A stretch of DNA of 58,069 nucleotides from Rhizaria sp. SCN 62-66 (lineage: Eukaryota). Under the pieces are notes generated by a model. That model was not told the origin of the DNA, did no database searches, and saw nothing but the letters and a program-made list of their open reading frames with translations. Position 1 is the first letter of the stretch. Every line of letters starts with the position of its first letter. The stretch spans positions 1 through 58,069 of the forward strand of contig MEDY01000168.1 in NCBI GenBank assembly GCA_001724265.1, read 5' to 3'. The translations under genes and the position numbers were made by a program. Below are positions 12,749 through 24,740 of this stretch, piece after piece.

Positions 12749-13459
12749 ATGGGCGGTGTCCTGAGCTGGTTCCAGCAACTCTTCTGGTCGAGCTAGATGG
12801 TACGTCAATCCTCTACCCATCCGCAAGTGAATCCACACGTTTCTCACCACAACTTTCCGTTCACCCTCTTTCAGCAGTGATATTCTTTTTCTCATCCCAC
12901 TTTCTTCCACACTATTCACACCTATTTTTTTTCTCCGCGCGCTGCGTTTTCACAGGAGATTGCCATTCTGGGCCTCCAGAACGCCGGCAAGAGCTCTTTC
13001 GTGCACGTCATCCAGAACGGCACCTTCGAGGACAACATGATCCCCACCGTGGGGTTCAACATGCGCAAAGTCAAGAAGGGCAAGGTCTCGATCAAGATCT
13101 GGGACATGGGCGGGCAGCGTCAGTTCCGCGGCATGTGGGAGCGCTACTGCCGCGACGTGCAGGTGATCGTGTTCGTGGTCGACGCGGCGGACGAGAAGGC
13201 GCTTGACGTCGCGCACGACGAGCTGCGCCGCCTGCTGGGCCACCTCGTGCTGGACCGCATCCCGCTGCTGGTGCTGCTGAACAAGAACGACAAGCCCGAG
13301 GCGCTGGAGCCGGAGCGCGTGGTGGATGTGCTGGAGCTGTCGAGCATCCGCGACCGCGAGGTGGCCTACTACTCCATCTCGTGCAAGAACATCGAGAACA
13401 TCGACAAGGCGCTGCAGTGGCTCACTGAGCACTCCAAGGGCAAGGACGCCGCCAAGTAA
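12749..13459 (+). CDS. ARL8: ARF-like GTPase ARL8, 184 aa; exons 12749-12799 and 12956-13459; in-frame TAG at 12794-12796
   Basis: Spliced product MGGVLSWFQQLFWSS[TAG]M|EIAILGLQNAGKSSF...MIPTVGFNMRKVKKGKVSIKIWDMGGQRQFRGMWERYCR...LNKND...YSISCK matches ARL8 signature motifs. Intron 12800-12955 is GTACGT...CACAG. Stop is TAA. Confidence 0.95.
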
Positions 13460-14014
13460 GCACGCAGGCAAGCAAGCAAGGCAATTTTCAAGCCATACAT
13501 GCAATATGTTGCGTGCTGAATGTATTAAAGGCACTGTAGGACGTCGCCAAATTTCGGCTTCTTGCTTGAGACGTTTTTTTCCGTGCTGACCAAGTGTATG
13601 TATGCTAAAAATAGCATATGCAGACACTCTCAGCCGCCGTTGCTGTCTTTTGTCGCGATTGACACAACTCAGGGAGACTGTGATAGCATGAGTACATGTT
13701 GCTTATCGGAGTCTTTCCTTGCTGTTGTTGTTGCTGTTGTTACGCGCTCTATGATATCGTTACCTATCATTTGATTTTTTTCTTTGCAGTCGTTTCTTTG
13801 TTGGTATTTTTAGTGATTGCCGCGTGTTACGCCAAGCAGTGTCACGTGTTTGTATGTCAATATGTTTATGTAGAGAAGTAGCTGTTTTTAGTCGTGTTGC
13901 TGTTGTTACTCGAACGTACATTTTTTATATTAGTGCGAGTATCAACGGCGTTAGCTGTGCACGTTATTTTTATATAATTAGGTTGTTTGTTTGTCTCTGC
14001 TTGTTTAAATGTAG

Positions 14015-14050
14015 AACGATGAACTACTATCAACGATGAACTACTATCAA
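14015..14050. repeat. Tandem 17-bp direct duplication (AACGATGAACTACTATC x2)
   Basis: Read directly in the intergenic region between convergent genes. Confidence 0.85.
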
Positions 14051-14181
14051 TACAAAGAATAATATTGTATTCGTCCTATGTATTACGAGTTAAGGCTATG
14101 TAAACAAAATGCGAAATCTCTAAGTAGCATTGAGCAAAGTTTCAGGTTTAGTTATGCGCTGTCAGCACTTTTACGGCACTC

Positions 14182-15003
14182 TTAGCCACCGCGCTTCTTC
14201 TTGCCATAGGCTAAATTGGAATCCGCAGTCGCAGACTCGCTAATACTTGCATTCGCTCCTGTTGGCGCCAGCGCCCCTGTGACCGTAGGCGCAAGCGCTG
14301 CTCCTGCCACAGACACAGATGTCCCAGTTGCTGCGGCTGCCTCGGCCTCAGCCTCCCGCTTCGTCGCCGCCCTGACCTCCCTGGCCTTCCACAGCGACAC
14401 TTCGCGCATGTACGCGTCGATCTCGCCCCTCAGCTCCGTTTCCGCGGCGGCGACCGCGCCCCGAGCCCGCACGGCGCGCTCCTCTGCCGCGCGCGCCGCC
14501 GCGACCTTGGGCCCCGCCAACGCGGTCGCCGCCAGCGCCAGGCGCTCCTCCTGGTCGTCGGCGAAAGCCGCCACGGCCTCGGCGCGCCGTTCGCGCTCGA
14601 GGATACTGTGCGTGAGCGCGGCGTTGACTGTCGCCGTGGCCAGCAGCTCCGTCTTGAGCGTGTTGATCGTGTCGCAGAGGAGAACGGCGGGAATGATCGA
14701 GATGGCGCGCCATGGCAACGCGTCCGCGTCCGTCGCTGTCGCAACCTCCGTTGCCGCTGCTGTGCGGGATTCAGAGTCAGAGAAGACGTGAGGGGACACG
14801 TCGCTGTTCTCGTCAAACACAGTGTCAGAGGAGTCGCTACTGCCACAGAGCGCGTTGCCATTCCTGCCGCGGCTGGTCGCAACGTCAGCGGCCGCGTGGG
14901 CGTTAGCGTTGTAGTAAAGGCCCGTTTCATTCAACGGGTCATCGTCTAAGTCATGACTGCTGTTGGCCGTAGCGTAGCGAGAGCGCGTTTTGGCGTTGTT
15001 GTT

Positions 15004-15034
<31 letters not shown>

Positions 15035-15918
15035 CTAACTCTAGGGGTGTTTGCGAGCAGCGTCGGCGTGACAGGAGGGCGGTTGCCACCGCGACTGCTC
15101 GAATGCAAGCTGCTCGTGTCGTTGTGGACCCGGCGGTTGTCATGAGCAAGATCACGGTCACTGCGGTCACGGCGGTGTGCCGTCGCGCCCCTCTCAAGTT
15201 TAACGATACTGCTCATGCCGTTGCTTATCAAGTAAGCGTCGGCGACTGAGACGGAGTTGGACGTCGTACGCAGGGGAATCAGGCCCGCGATGCGCGTTTG
15301 GTGCCGCTTCAGAGCGTTCGTCATCGTATGCTTGACAGTGCCGGTGCTGCTGGTACTGCAGTTGGCCCCGGCACTTTGCGCCTGTGTCTGCCCGTCGCGG
15401 CCACCGCTGTCGTTCCGTGCACCCACACCACCGCCACGGACATCCGTCGCAGTGTTGCTGTGCCGAGAGTGTGAGCTGTGGGCAGCGTTGTCGCCGCCGT
15501 CACGGTCATTTGCGTCAAAGCTCACGAGGTCGGGGTTGGACGTCACCGCGTCGGCGCCGATCCAGTCGATTCTCAGCCGTACCACGGGCACCGGCTGTGG
15601 CGCAGTGGCAGCGCCGGTGCGGGAGCCACCCGAGCTGGAGCCCGCCGCGCTTGCCGCGGGGAGAGAGGAGACTGTGAGCGTGCACGACCGCGCTGGCTCC
15701 GCGTCGGGAACCCAGCTGTAGGCGTACTTCCGGGGGTCGAAGCGGCCCAGGCAGTCAACTAAAGTACGGCCAAAGTCGCTGGAAGAGCGCGAAGAAGAGC
15801 GGGGCGCGGCGTTAAGCGCGGCGAGGGGACCGCGGTACTGCCAGAGCCCGTGGGGCGCGACGATGATGAGCTCGATCATGAACGGGTCCTTGACGGCCTC
15901 GTTCATGTCCAGAATAAT
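14182..15918 (-). CDS. Hypothetical protein with globular N-terminus, low-complexity middle and C-terminal coiled coil (possibly XRCC4-like); 5' end uncertain
   Basis: Long GC-rich ORF ending TAA with a basic tail (GKKKRGG). Acceptor TTCCAG ends at 15919; a short first exon may start at ATG 16054 but I could not fix its donor; internal ATG at 15906. Family call is weak. Confidence 0.7.
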
Positions 15919-16329
15919 CTGGAATGAAGAATTATTAATGACAAAGTCATCTATGTAGCACTTTACGTGCGACATTGTCGGTATGTGCAATGCAAGAGAA
16001 CGTTATCTGGAGATATGTAGTGACAAAGTTGACCGAGCCGTTGAGCTGGGTCATGTTGGCGGGCGACTGCCAGAGAGACGACTGCTTTATTGAACATGAA
16101 GTTTTATCAGCACGAGCTCTTGTTCACTGGATTTAATCAAAATAGCTAACACAAAACCACATTTATTCTTTATTTTGCTTTTTAATTTGATCTTTGACGA
16201 TCGTGATCTTGCACTACAGACACTTCTTTCGTCCGCTTTTCCGAGACATCTCGATTCGTCTACTTGACAGGTCGACGACCACTCCCGCTCTTCCCCAGAC
16301 TTACTGTTTGTGCCGCTCGCGGTGCCCGC

Positions 16330-17364
16330 ATGTCGGCCACTTCCACGACTGGCGCGGCCCCCGCCGCTGCCGTGGCTCCCGTGGTGACCCACATCCAGGA
16401 GCCGCACATCGAACTGTCGAAGCTGCCAGTGTTCACGCCGACCGCGGTGGAGACGCTGCTGGAGCAGACGGGCCACAGCGGCACTGCCTACGACCCCGCG
16501 ATTGCGGATCTGCTCAACAACGTCTCCGCGCACTTTATCTCTACTCTGATGACGCAGGCCGCGTTCCTGACCAAGCACCGGCGCAGCGACACGGTCGAGC
16601 CACGCGACCTCCAGGTCGTCTTGGCCAAGTACTGGGGCAACGCCACGGTGCCCGGCCACTCGCCGTTCCGGTCCTCGCTGCACGCGGCGGCGGCAGAGCG
16701 CGCGCGCGTGCTGTCCGAGTCTGCGCACGCGGTGCGGCTGGCGACGCGCAACGGCACCGCGCTGGGGCAGACGGCGCAGACCCACATCGCGCTGTCCCAT
16801 GCCAGCGCGCTGCACGCCGCGCGCGCCGAGGCCGTGGTCCGCGCACAGCCGTCGATCCGCGAGGGGCTGGCCGACTACGACCAGGCCGCCGCGGGCGCGG
16901 CCGAGGACGCGGCGGCGGCGGGGGCCGGCGCGGCGGGCGCCAAGGGCGGCGCCGGGGGCAAGGGCGGGTCCAAGGTGGCGCGGTACGTGCCATATTTTAG
17001 TTCATTTCTCGTTGAGATCTTTGCTTATTGGATATGTAGTGTTCAGGATTTTGCTCTAATATTCCACTTTTTTAAATGTATACTCTGGTTCGACATGATC
17101 ATATCTCACATTTGTCTCCCTTCTCACTGTTTTGTTTACTCTCGTCATCTACAATCACGCTGAATCATCCGAAGGCCGGCCGGCGCGGCGGGCATGGGCG
17201 GCGTTAGCACGGCCCGCCACGGCCTTACACTCACCACTTCGGGCCCCTCTCCGGCGTCGTCGGCGGCGCTGGCCCCGATGGCAGCGACCGCGGCCGGCTC
17301 CTCAGGGAACAAGAAGATCGGACTCAGTCTATCGCTCACAAAGAAGAAGGAGGGCGCCAAGTGA
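16330..17364 (+). CDS. TAF12: TFIID subunit TAF12 (histone fold), ~280 aa; exons 16330-16982 and 17175-17364
   Basis: YDPAIADLLNNVSAHFISTLMTQAAFLTKHRRSDTVEPRDLQVVLAKYWGNATVPGH matches the TAF12 histone fold (HRKS.T.E..D.Q..L...W...IPG). Intron GTACGT...GAAG keeps frame. Stop is TGA. Confidence 0.85.
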
Positions 17365-17892
17365 GAGCTTTGTCACATGGAGGTTGCGCTAAGGTTTTCA
17401 TGAACATTGCGCTGCGAAGAGTTCGCTTCGAGGCTCTGCATTCTGTTTGAGGCGAGGCTTACTTACGCTTCAAGTTGCGAGCTGCGACTGCAAGCGAGCT
17501 CGGGCCAAGATACTCTTGGATAAAAGTGTAAATTTAAATACAACAACAATTTTGTGATCTTCTATCTTTTATGAATGGGCGGTATTCTGGTGTAAAGTCT
17601 GGATTGATGAGTATTCGTCTGCACAGTTGGCTATTGTGTTTGTGGTCGCTGGAGAGCAAGACAACAAATTGGTCCGATAGACATGACTTCAACCTCGTTT
17701 CTCTCTGGAACGTTCTATCACTACTTTGTCCGTGCTCGTCAACTTGGCAAGGTATATAATCAATTTTTATTATTCTTTTTTGCTATTTCTGGGCAGTGTA
17801 GATTCAAAGTCAAAGTTGGCCGAAGAGTTGACTTGAAGAAGACCTCTTGGTCTATCCACACTACAGGCTCTCGCCTTGTCCTCATCATCACG

Positions 17893-20800
17893 ATGTTTCA
17901 CCGCGGCATGTTTCCTTTGCAGGGACAGTGCGCAAGGATGGCTTTGAGCGCAACGGCACCAGCGTCAGCATCCACTGCAGCTGTCACAAGCTCTGCAATA
18001 GCTGTCGTGTCTCCCGCGTCGTCAGTCTCTTCCCCCACACTCTGCAACATGTCTCCCTCAATGCCAACAAACAGCGCAGCCACCAAGCACACACGTCAAG
18101 CTTACGATAATACCGCCGATAACTCTGCTGGTATAAGTTCGATAGGTGGTGACCGATGCTCTCAAGCTGGTTTCGCCTCTGCTCAGTCACAGGTACAGGC
18201 ACCGTCACAGTAGCCGCAACCGCCACCCGCAGCATCTGCACCGGCACCAGCGCTCCCCCGCGTCACCCTGCTAGGCTTTTCCGTACCCACAGGCGTTGTT
18301 CCAGGTGCCCGTGCAATGCATTTGCTTCAACGCTTTGCACAGCCCCGCTCCACTCCTTGTCCTGGCGCAGATGCAACCACGACATCAAACAGCAGTGCGC
18401 TTAACAGTGCAAATGCTGCCGCGGCGGGAAGCTGGTCCTGCGGCGTTGTCGGGTTGCGGCTTGATAGCAACGAGTACGTTCTCTGTGCGACGCTTGTGCC
18501 GTGCCCACAGTCACTCGTTCACAGTCACTCTGACACGAATGCGACCGTGCACTCTAGTGCAGCGGAGCACGAGCAAAGCACGAGGTTTTTGTGCTTGCTG
18601 ACGCGGTGGCGCTTGCTTCTTATTGCGCCACCGGGGTTCAACACACATGCAAACTCTTGCATGCCAATGCAGCGACAGTCACAATCGCCATCGCAACAAC
18701 AACAGGATCAGCACGCGCTGCTTCGTCCTCTCGTCCAGATCCCCACCAAGGCTCAAACACAGTCAATGGCGCTTGCCCATCAGCGCGAACAGCAACGCGC
18801 ACAACAACAAGCTCTCTTAACGCAACAAGCGCAGTGTGCGCGCGTGTGGTCCGAGCTGTGGCTTTCTACGGCCGTGTCTGCAGCCGTGACAGTAAACACG
18901 AGCGCCAACTCTTGCGACGAGAACTATGCTGCGAACAGTCGCTTCAGCGCGAGTAGTGGTGCTACAGGGGCTTTGCTTGGTGAGCTACGGGCAGTGCCTA
19001 CCAAGTCCCACACTCGCTCTAGCAATCTAAAGAACATGCACTCTTCACCCGGATCTTGCGCAAGCTCCGAATCAAGAGTTGATCTTAGCCACGGCAAGGC
19101 CAGCTCCGACTTAGCAGGTATTCAGTCGAGCAGACTTACACCTAACAATATTGTACCAACACTACAACGTAAGTAGCGCCCGCAACGGCCGTGTTATTGC
19201 GATGAATGCTGGACTCCATCCTTGCCGTCTCTCGGCACAAGTTTGTCGCAAGTGCCGTCTCATAACATCAGCGGAGGCTTATTGCCAGCACTTGCGCCAC
19301 ATGAGTCACATGACGTAGTCTCACTGAGATACACGGTTACCCCGACTGGTAATGTTGTGGTTAATATTAGCCTTGTTGCCTGCGACAAGACTGCTAGTGC
19401 TTGTTGCAGTGCGACTCCGAGGTTTGCGACGAAGACCTTGACGCAAACTCACGCAGATGATGAGAGCAGCAGCGTCCATGACTGCAGGGGCACGCATTTA
19501 GTCTACGCCTATGATTTGAGCAAAAAGAGTGAGCCGCATTAGCACCAGCCGCTAGCGCTTACCCTCACAGTCACCAGCGCTGCCAACCAAGCTCGCGTTG
19601 CGGTGCTTGCGGCTGAAGCTTCCGCGTACAGTGCCGGCTCGCTTTTCCCGCCGTCAACCAAGATGCACGCAACATTATTCCATCGTAGAAACTCTGACAT
19701 TCCCGGCAACCAGAGTGAAAATAACGCCGTCAACAGCAGCAGCATTAGTGTTTCTTCAGGGGCGATCAGTGTTTGCAGCAAGTTTGATGACAATGATGAC
19801 GGTGATAGTGCTAGCGACGAGTCTCGCGACGCCGATGACAGTAGCAACAATGAGAGCATTATCAGCGCTGACGAGAGCCCACAGGTGATTGTTTCACTTG
19901 TATTTAACACTGTTCCGCTGCCAGCGCTTGCGAATCCTCTCAACCAGCCAGCCGGTAATGCTGGTGACACTCGGTCGAGCGCAGCCACAGCCGCATCAGA
20001 GCGTGATGAAGCATTGGCCAAGAACAGCAGCAGTGTTTCAGAACTTGGTCAATTCCAACCCGTCATTGCCAAGGCCTCTTCTGCTGGTTTGTCCCATGCT
20101 GTGTCGGTGCGTACTTGGTTAGGCTCGTCACTTGGAAGCTGGGGTTGGTTATGCACTTTTAAGACTGCTGAGAATGCTCAATTCTTTTCAGACATCACAC
20201 AGGTTTGTTCAATCAACTTTCCGCGATAAAAACATGATAACATATAGGTTAAATAGTTTAATTCAGCATGTTTAAATTTACTTTCTCACGTCAATGTTTA
20301 TGTTCTGTTTTCGCTCAGCATTTGATCGACGCCTCAAGTCGCCGTGCAAGCACAGCCTCAGCCGCCCTGATCAGCAGCCTGCCTGCCTTCGTCCCACTCG
20401 TTGCGCCAGCGCTGCCCACAGTCACAAATGCCGTTTGCAGCTTGCATCACATGATGACGCATTCTCGGCCTGACGAGAGTCGAACTATTGCGTTGCAGGT
20501 TCAGCAAACCAAGAAGTACGAGCAGCGCAGACGCAGCACCAACCATCGAGTGCTCAAGTCAGATACTCACACGACTACTAAGAATAACAGCAGCAGCGCA
20601 GTTAGCAGTTTACACACAAGCAACAGCACTGATGGCGAGAAGCAATCATATGATGAGGAGACTGATGATGATGACGACGTTAAAACTCAACGCATGGCAA
20701 GCACCAAGCCCTCGCGTCCGCGTCCTGGCCACAGGCGCGTGCTGCCAATCCTAAGTCGTACTCAGTCTCCCGCTCTGAGTGACGACACGCTGGGCGAGTT

Positions 20801-23800
20801 CACACTCAGCGAGTCTGCACAATCTCAGCTTCAAAGCCAATTTTTCATGCAGCAACAACAGAGTCGCCTTATGTTGGCCGTGCTCGCAGCCGCCGGAATT
20901 GCGCCTGCAACGGCGCGTTCAGTCGCAGCCCATTCAGCAAAATTGCTTGCTGGCCCTGCGCGACTCGCAGCGGCCCCTGCAACGACCGTGCTGTTTGAAG
21001 GGTTTCTGTCGTATCGCAAAGCGGGGCGGTTCGCGAGCTGGCGCACGGGCTACGCTGTTGTGACCGCGTACGGCTGCGCTGTGTACGAGTCCGTTCCTCC
21101 AGCCACTCACTCCGCTTGCCGTATTTCTAGCAATCCACACACAAACGCAACTTGCGCCAAACAAGTGGTTGCTTCAAGCAGTGGCAGCGGTAAATGCGGG
21201 CAGGCCGACGTTGCCGACGCGGAGACAATGCATTACACGTGCGTTGGCTGCGGCAACACCTCATGCGCGACATTTCTTTCGAAGCACGGCATTAAAACAG
21301 ATACCACTAACGACACCGCTGTGTTTAATGCAGCAGGCCAAGACAGGGGTGCAAGTTTTGTGACAGCCCCCAAGCTCACAATGCCATCGGTGCGCGCTCT
21401 CCACGCTCAACACGTCCTTGCACAAACGCAGCAACTGCCACATCAGCAGCAATCTGCACTGCAGCTGCTTCAATCAAGCAGTACAGACAACGATGAGCGT
21501 ACTGCCTTGCCATGTATTGGCACTGTTGCGTTTACTGAACGTGACGTTGACCATCTTGTTGTTCTTGTCAACAATAGCACAGAAGCAAATATTGACGCAA
21601 CAACTCAATGTGAATCAGGTTCAGCAACGCAAAAGCAATTACACCCGCAGATACGGCCGCAATTGCAACAACAGCAGATTAAACCGAGACTATGGTGGGT
21701 GATCGAGCCCTACATTGTTGCGACGTCAGCAACGTCATCAGCGAGCGCGTACAACGCCGCAAAGCAGCAAACACAACCGCCAACGTTTAAGATGTTATCA
21801 CTACAACTGCACATTTGTCTAGCTCCAGCTGCCACAGACATTGTTGCCACCAGCGCTAAAGCAAGTGTTGCGCACAGCGGCAAGGCGCAGTGGCGTATGG
21901 TGTTTGAGACGCACTTAAGCTTCCCGACACCAAATGTGGCGGAGCAATGGCTGCGTGTGCTGCGCGTTGCTCTTAACCCACCGCCAGCGGCAGTCCCTTC
22001 TACCCAAGCTCCTGCAACCGAAGCACCCCACACAGTCAGCGTTAGTACTTCGCTTAGTCCCAACAAAGCTGAGGCTGGGAGGAGTTCACACGTTTTGCAG
22101 AGTCCAAACGCCGTCTTCAAGCCGATGGCCTTGGTGAACAACTGCTGGCACTCACGTCTTACGGTTCCTACTTACGCAAAAGCTTTGGTTGACACCGCAG
22201 CGCACACTGTGTCCAACATCATCTGCGGGGATGTCAGCACACTCGTTCCATCCTGTCATACATGTGCAGCTGCTATTGACGCATCACTCGCGCATGAACT
22301 ACGCCACGCTTCTTCTAACGACAACATCAACTCTTAGTCGTTAACACCAGTATCAAGCGCACAGTGCGCAGCTCAAAGTTGTTGCAGCAACGATGCAGCG
22401 TGGTTTGTTGCGTCCCCATCTCAGATAGCGGCGACACGTGGCGCTTTAGGCGGATTCGCTTTCACACCATACCTCACAGTTGTATGTTCTCAGTCTGCTT
22501 TGCGCACACGAATTTCTATCAGTCTCTCTGATTGTGATGAAAATTGCACTGACACTGAAGACAACAGTAGTAGTGATGCGAGCACATCTGACTCCGACCA
22601 AGAAAACGATAGCGAGAACGATGGTGACCAAGACGGAAACAGTCCACTTTCGCAACCGTCAGCACCTGCACTTGTTAACACACCGTCCGCTCTATTTGCC
22701 ACTGTTGTGCATCAAGCGCTAAGCTCGCCGCTAAATCACCATTTTGCTGCGCCGCAACCAAGTCCAGAACCGCCGGCGAATGAGCCTTTAGCGGCCGTAT
22801 CAACGCCAAGTTTGATATTGGCAACATTACCACCGCCCGGACTCGAGTCTTCAAAGCCGCACACACTGCACACGCTGGCTACACAAAAGAAAGCATTTGT
22901 TGGTGAGCCGGTAAGTCCGGACGGCGGGTACTGGGGACGCGCAACGCCGCAACAACGGCTATGGCAGCGGTGCGTGCAGCAAGATGCGCCTTTCAGGGCC
23001 TCACAAGTTCAGGATTCTCAGCGAGGGGTTATTGAAAGGGAGGTGAGTTCTGAGTATTCGGATACATTTAGTCAAAGCAGCACACACAATCAAGTTATTG
23101 AAGTCGTGCCAAAAAATGGTGATTGCTTGACAACTGTTGAGGCTAGCGGGCGTAGGCGAGCATTGTCCGATGTCACTTTTGCAGCCGTACATAGCCAGAG
23201 TCCACTGTCTCGTGAGTGTTTTCAGAGTGGCGAGAAGCAAGAGTATTCGCTGCCAACCGTGCACTATGGCGCAAACCGCGAAGTGGCGATCGTGAGTAAA
23301 CCGTTACAAAACCGACGAGCTCGCGTACCAGGTGGTGACACGTTTACACTCTCACGACCGAGTCACGAGGAACAACACGGCCATGTTGCGCCAGTACAGC
23401 CGCTGAGTTGCAAACAAACGCAGAGCGACGACGGGCCATCGCACAGTAGAATGTTACGTTCACAGTCTGTGACCGCTGTCGGCAACCTCAGCCACACTAG
23501 TGGACTCGACAGCGGTACAAACTCGTTGTGTTCGTCTCCTGCCGGGTCCACTGCGTCAAGCAGTATTCTGTCGCCGTCACAGTTTTATGAGCAAACTGCG
23601 TCAATGCTGCCCGCACTCTCATTGCCATCTGCACATCATCATCAGCACTACAATCAGCACGGATTTGACATCCAAAGGCAGCGGGACACCCAGCATCATA
23701 AGCTGCAGAACGAGCCTTGTTGCCGCACCATGATAGAGTTTGCGTCGCCGCCACCTTATCATGCACAGCTCTTCCACCGCCAGTCACATTACTCTCAGAA

Positions 23801-24740
23801 CCAGCAGCAACATAGTCCATACGACTATAAGTACAACGGCGCCACCCACTACCATCAGCAACACGTTCAGATGCACAGACACAGTTTTAGTGAAGGAGAT
23901 TCTCACCGCTTTCACAGCAACAACGGAGGCGCCAGTGCCAATCTTGACCAGCTGCTCGTCAATACCGCTGCTGCGCCACCGACGCCTCTTTACTGGCCAC
24001 AAGCGGGACCGATACAAAGTATTGACGTTGCTAATTACAGCCCACATATGTTTCATCAACACGAGCTGCTATGGGGCCCGATGCCCCAGCCTGTTAGCTT
24101 AGAGGCTGCGTCCCAGACGCCAGCGTGGACTCTCTATCCAGACCCCCGCAGCGTGTGGCATCAGCTCCCACCACCTGTGCCTGCTCGGACTCACTTTGCC
24201 CCCAGTCACTTGACCCACGGCCAGCCGGGAATCCAACAGTACAGTGCCGAGTGTAGTCCGTATGCGCTAAAAAATCACACTTACTCATATCATCATCAAC
24301 ATCAGCATCCACAACCATCGCCACACCATCTCAGCCTTGTCTCACCGACGCAGAGCGTTGCTCACAGTCAGATTCAGACTCCAAATTACGCGCACAGTCA
24401 CTACAGTGTCGGCAATGTGAACGCACGCTTATCACTTTGCGTAACTGTATTTGTCGGTGACACCACTGCAGCTACTACAGCGGCTGCAGCGCTTATGGCA
24501 CTACAAAATGCGGCATTGACAGCGCGCGAGCTGCTCGCAGTGGATGCTGAGACCGACAATGCGACGAGCTATGATGACATCAAAACTGATCCAAGTGAGC
24601 TACTTGCAACATTGCGTGAAAGACAGGCGGACCTCTGGGCTGACTGCACCTTAGCTTTGACTGACATTGACAGCACAAACAAGGTCAATGCGGCAGTCGT
24701 GTTACGAGTTGCACCAGAAACGCATCAGCCAGAAGTATGA
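17893..24740 (+). CDS. Large Ser/Gln-rich protein with a split PH domain, ~2243 aa; exons 17893-20202 and 20319-24740; four in-frame TAGs
   Basis: Six ORF-track pieces join into one frame, separated only by TAG (18211, 19174, 19540, 22335) and one phase-0 intron (20203-20318, GTTTGT...CTCAG). PH motifs LFEGFLSYRKAGRFASWRTGYAVVTAYGCAVYE and LSFPTPNVAEQWLRVLRVAL. Stop is TGA. Confidence 0.78.

Noticed and set aside
12794-12796. A-to-I editing (UAG to Trp) or pyrrolysine as the explanation
   Set aside because: Trp fits poorly at a usually-Glu ARL8 position and in disordered Gln/Pro tracts; pyrrolysine is not known in eukaryotes. RNA reads are needed to exclude editing formally.
17893-24740. Pseudogene interpretation of the TAG-interrupted gene
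   Set aside because: Disfavoured rather than excluded: no frameshifts or internal TAA/TGA over ~2240 codons, and the same codon interrupts two other intact genes.
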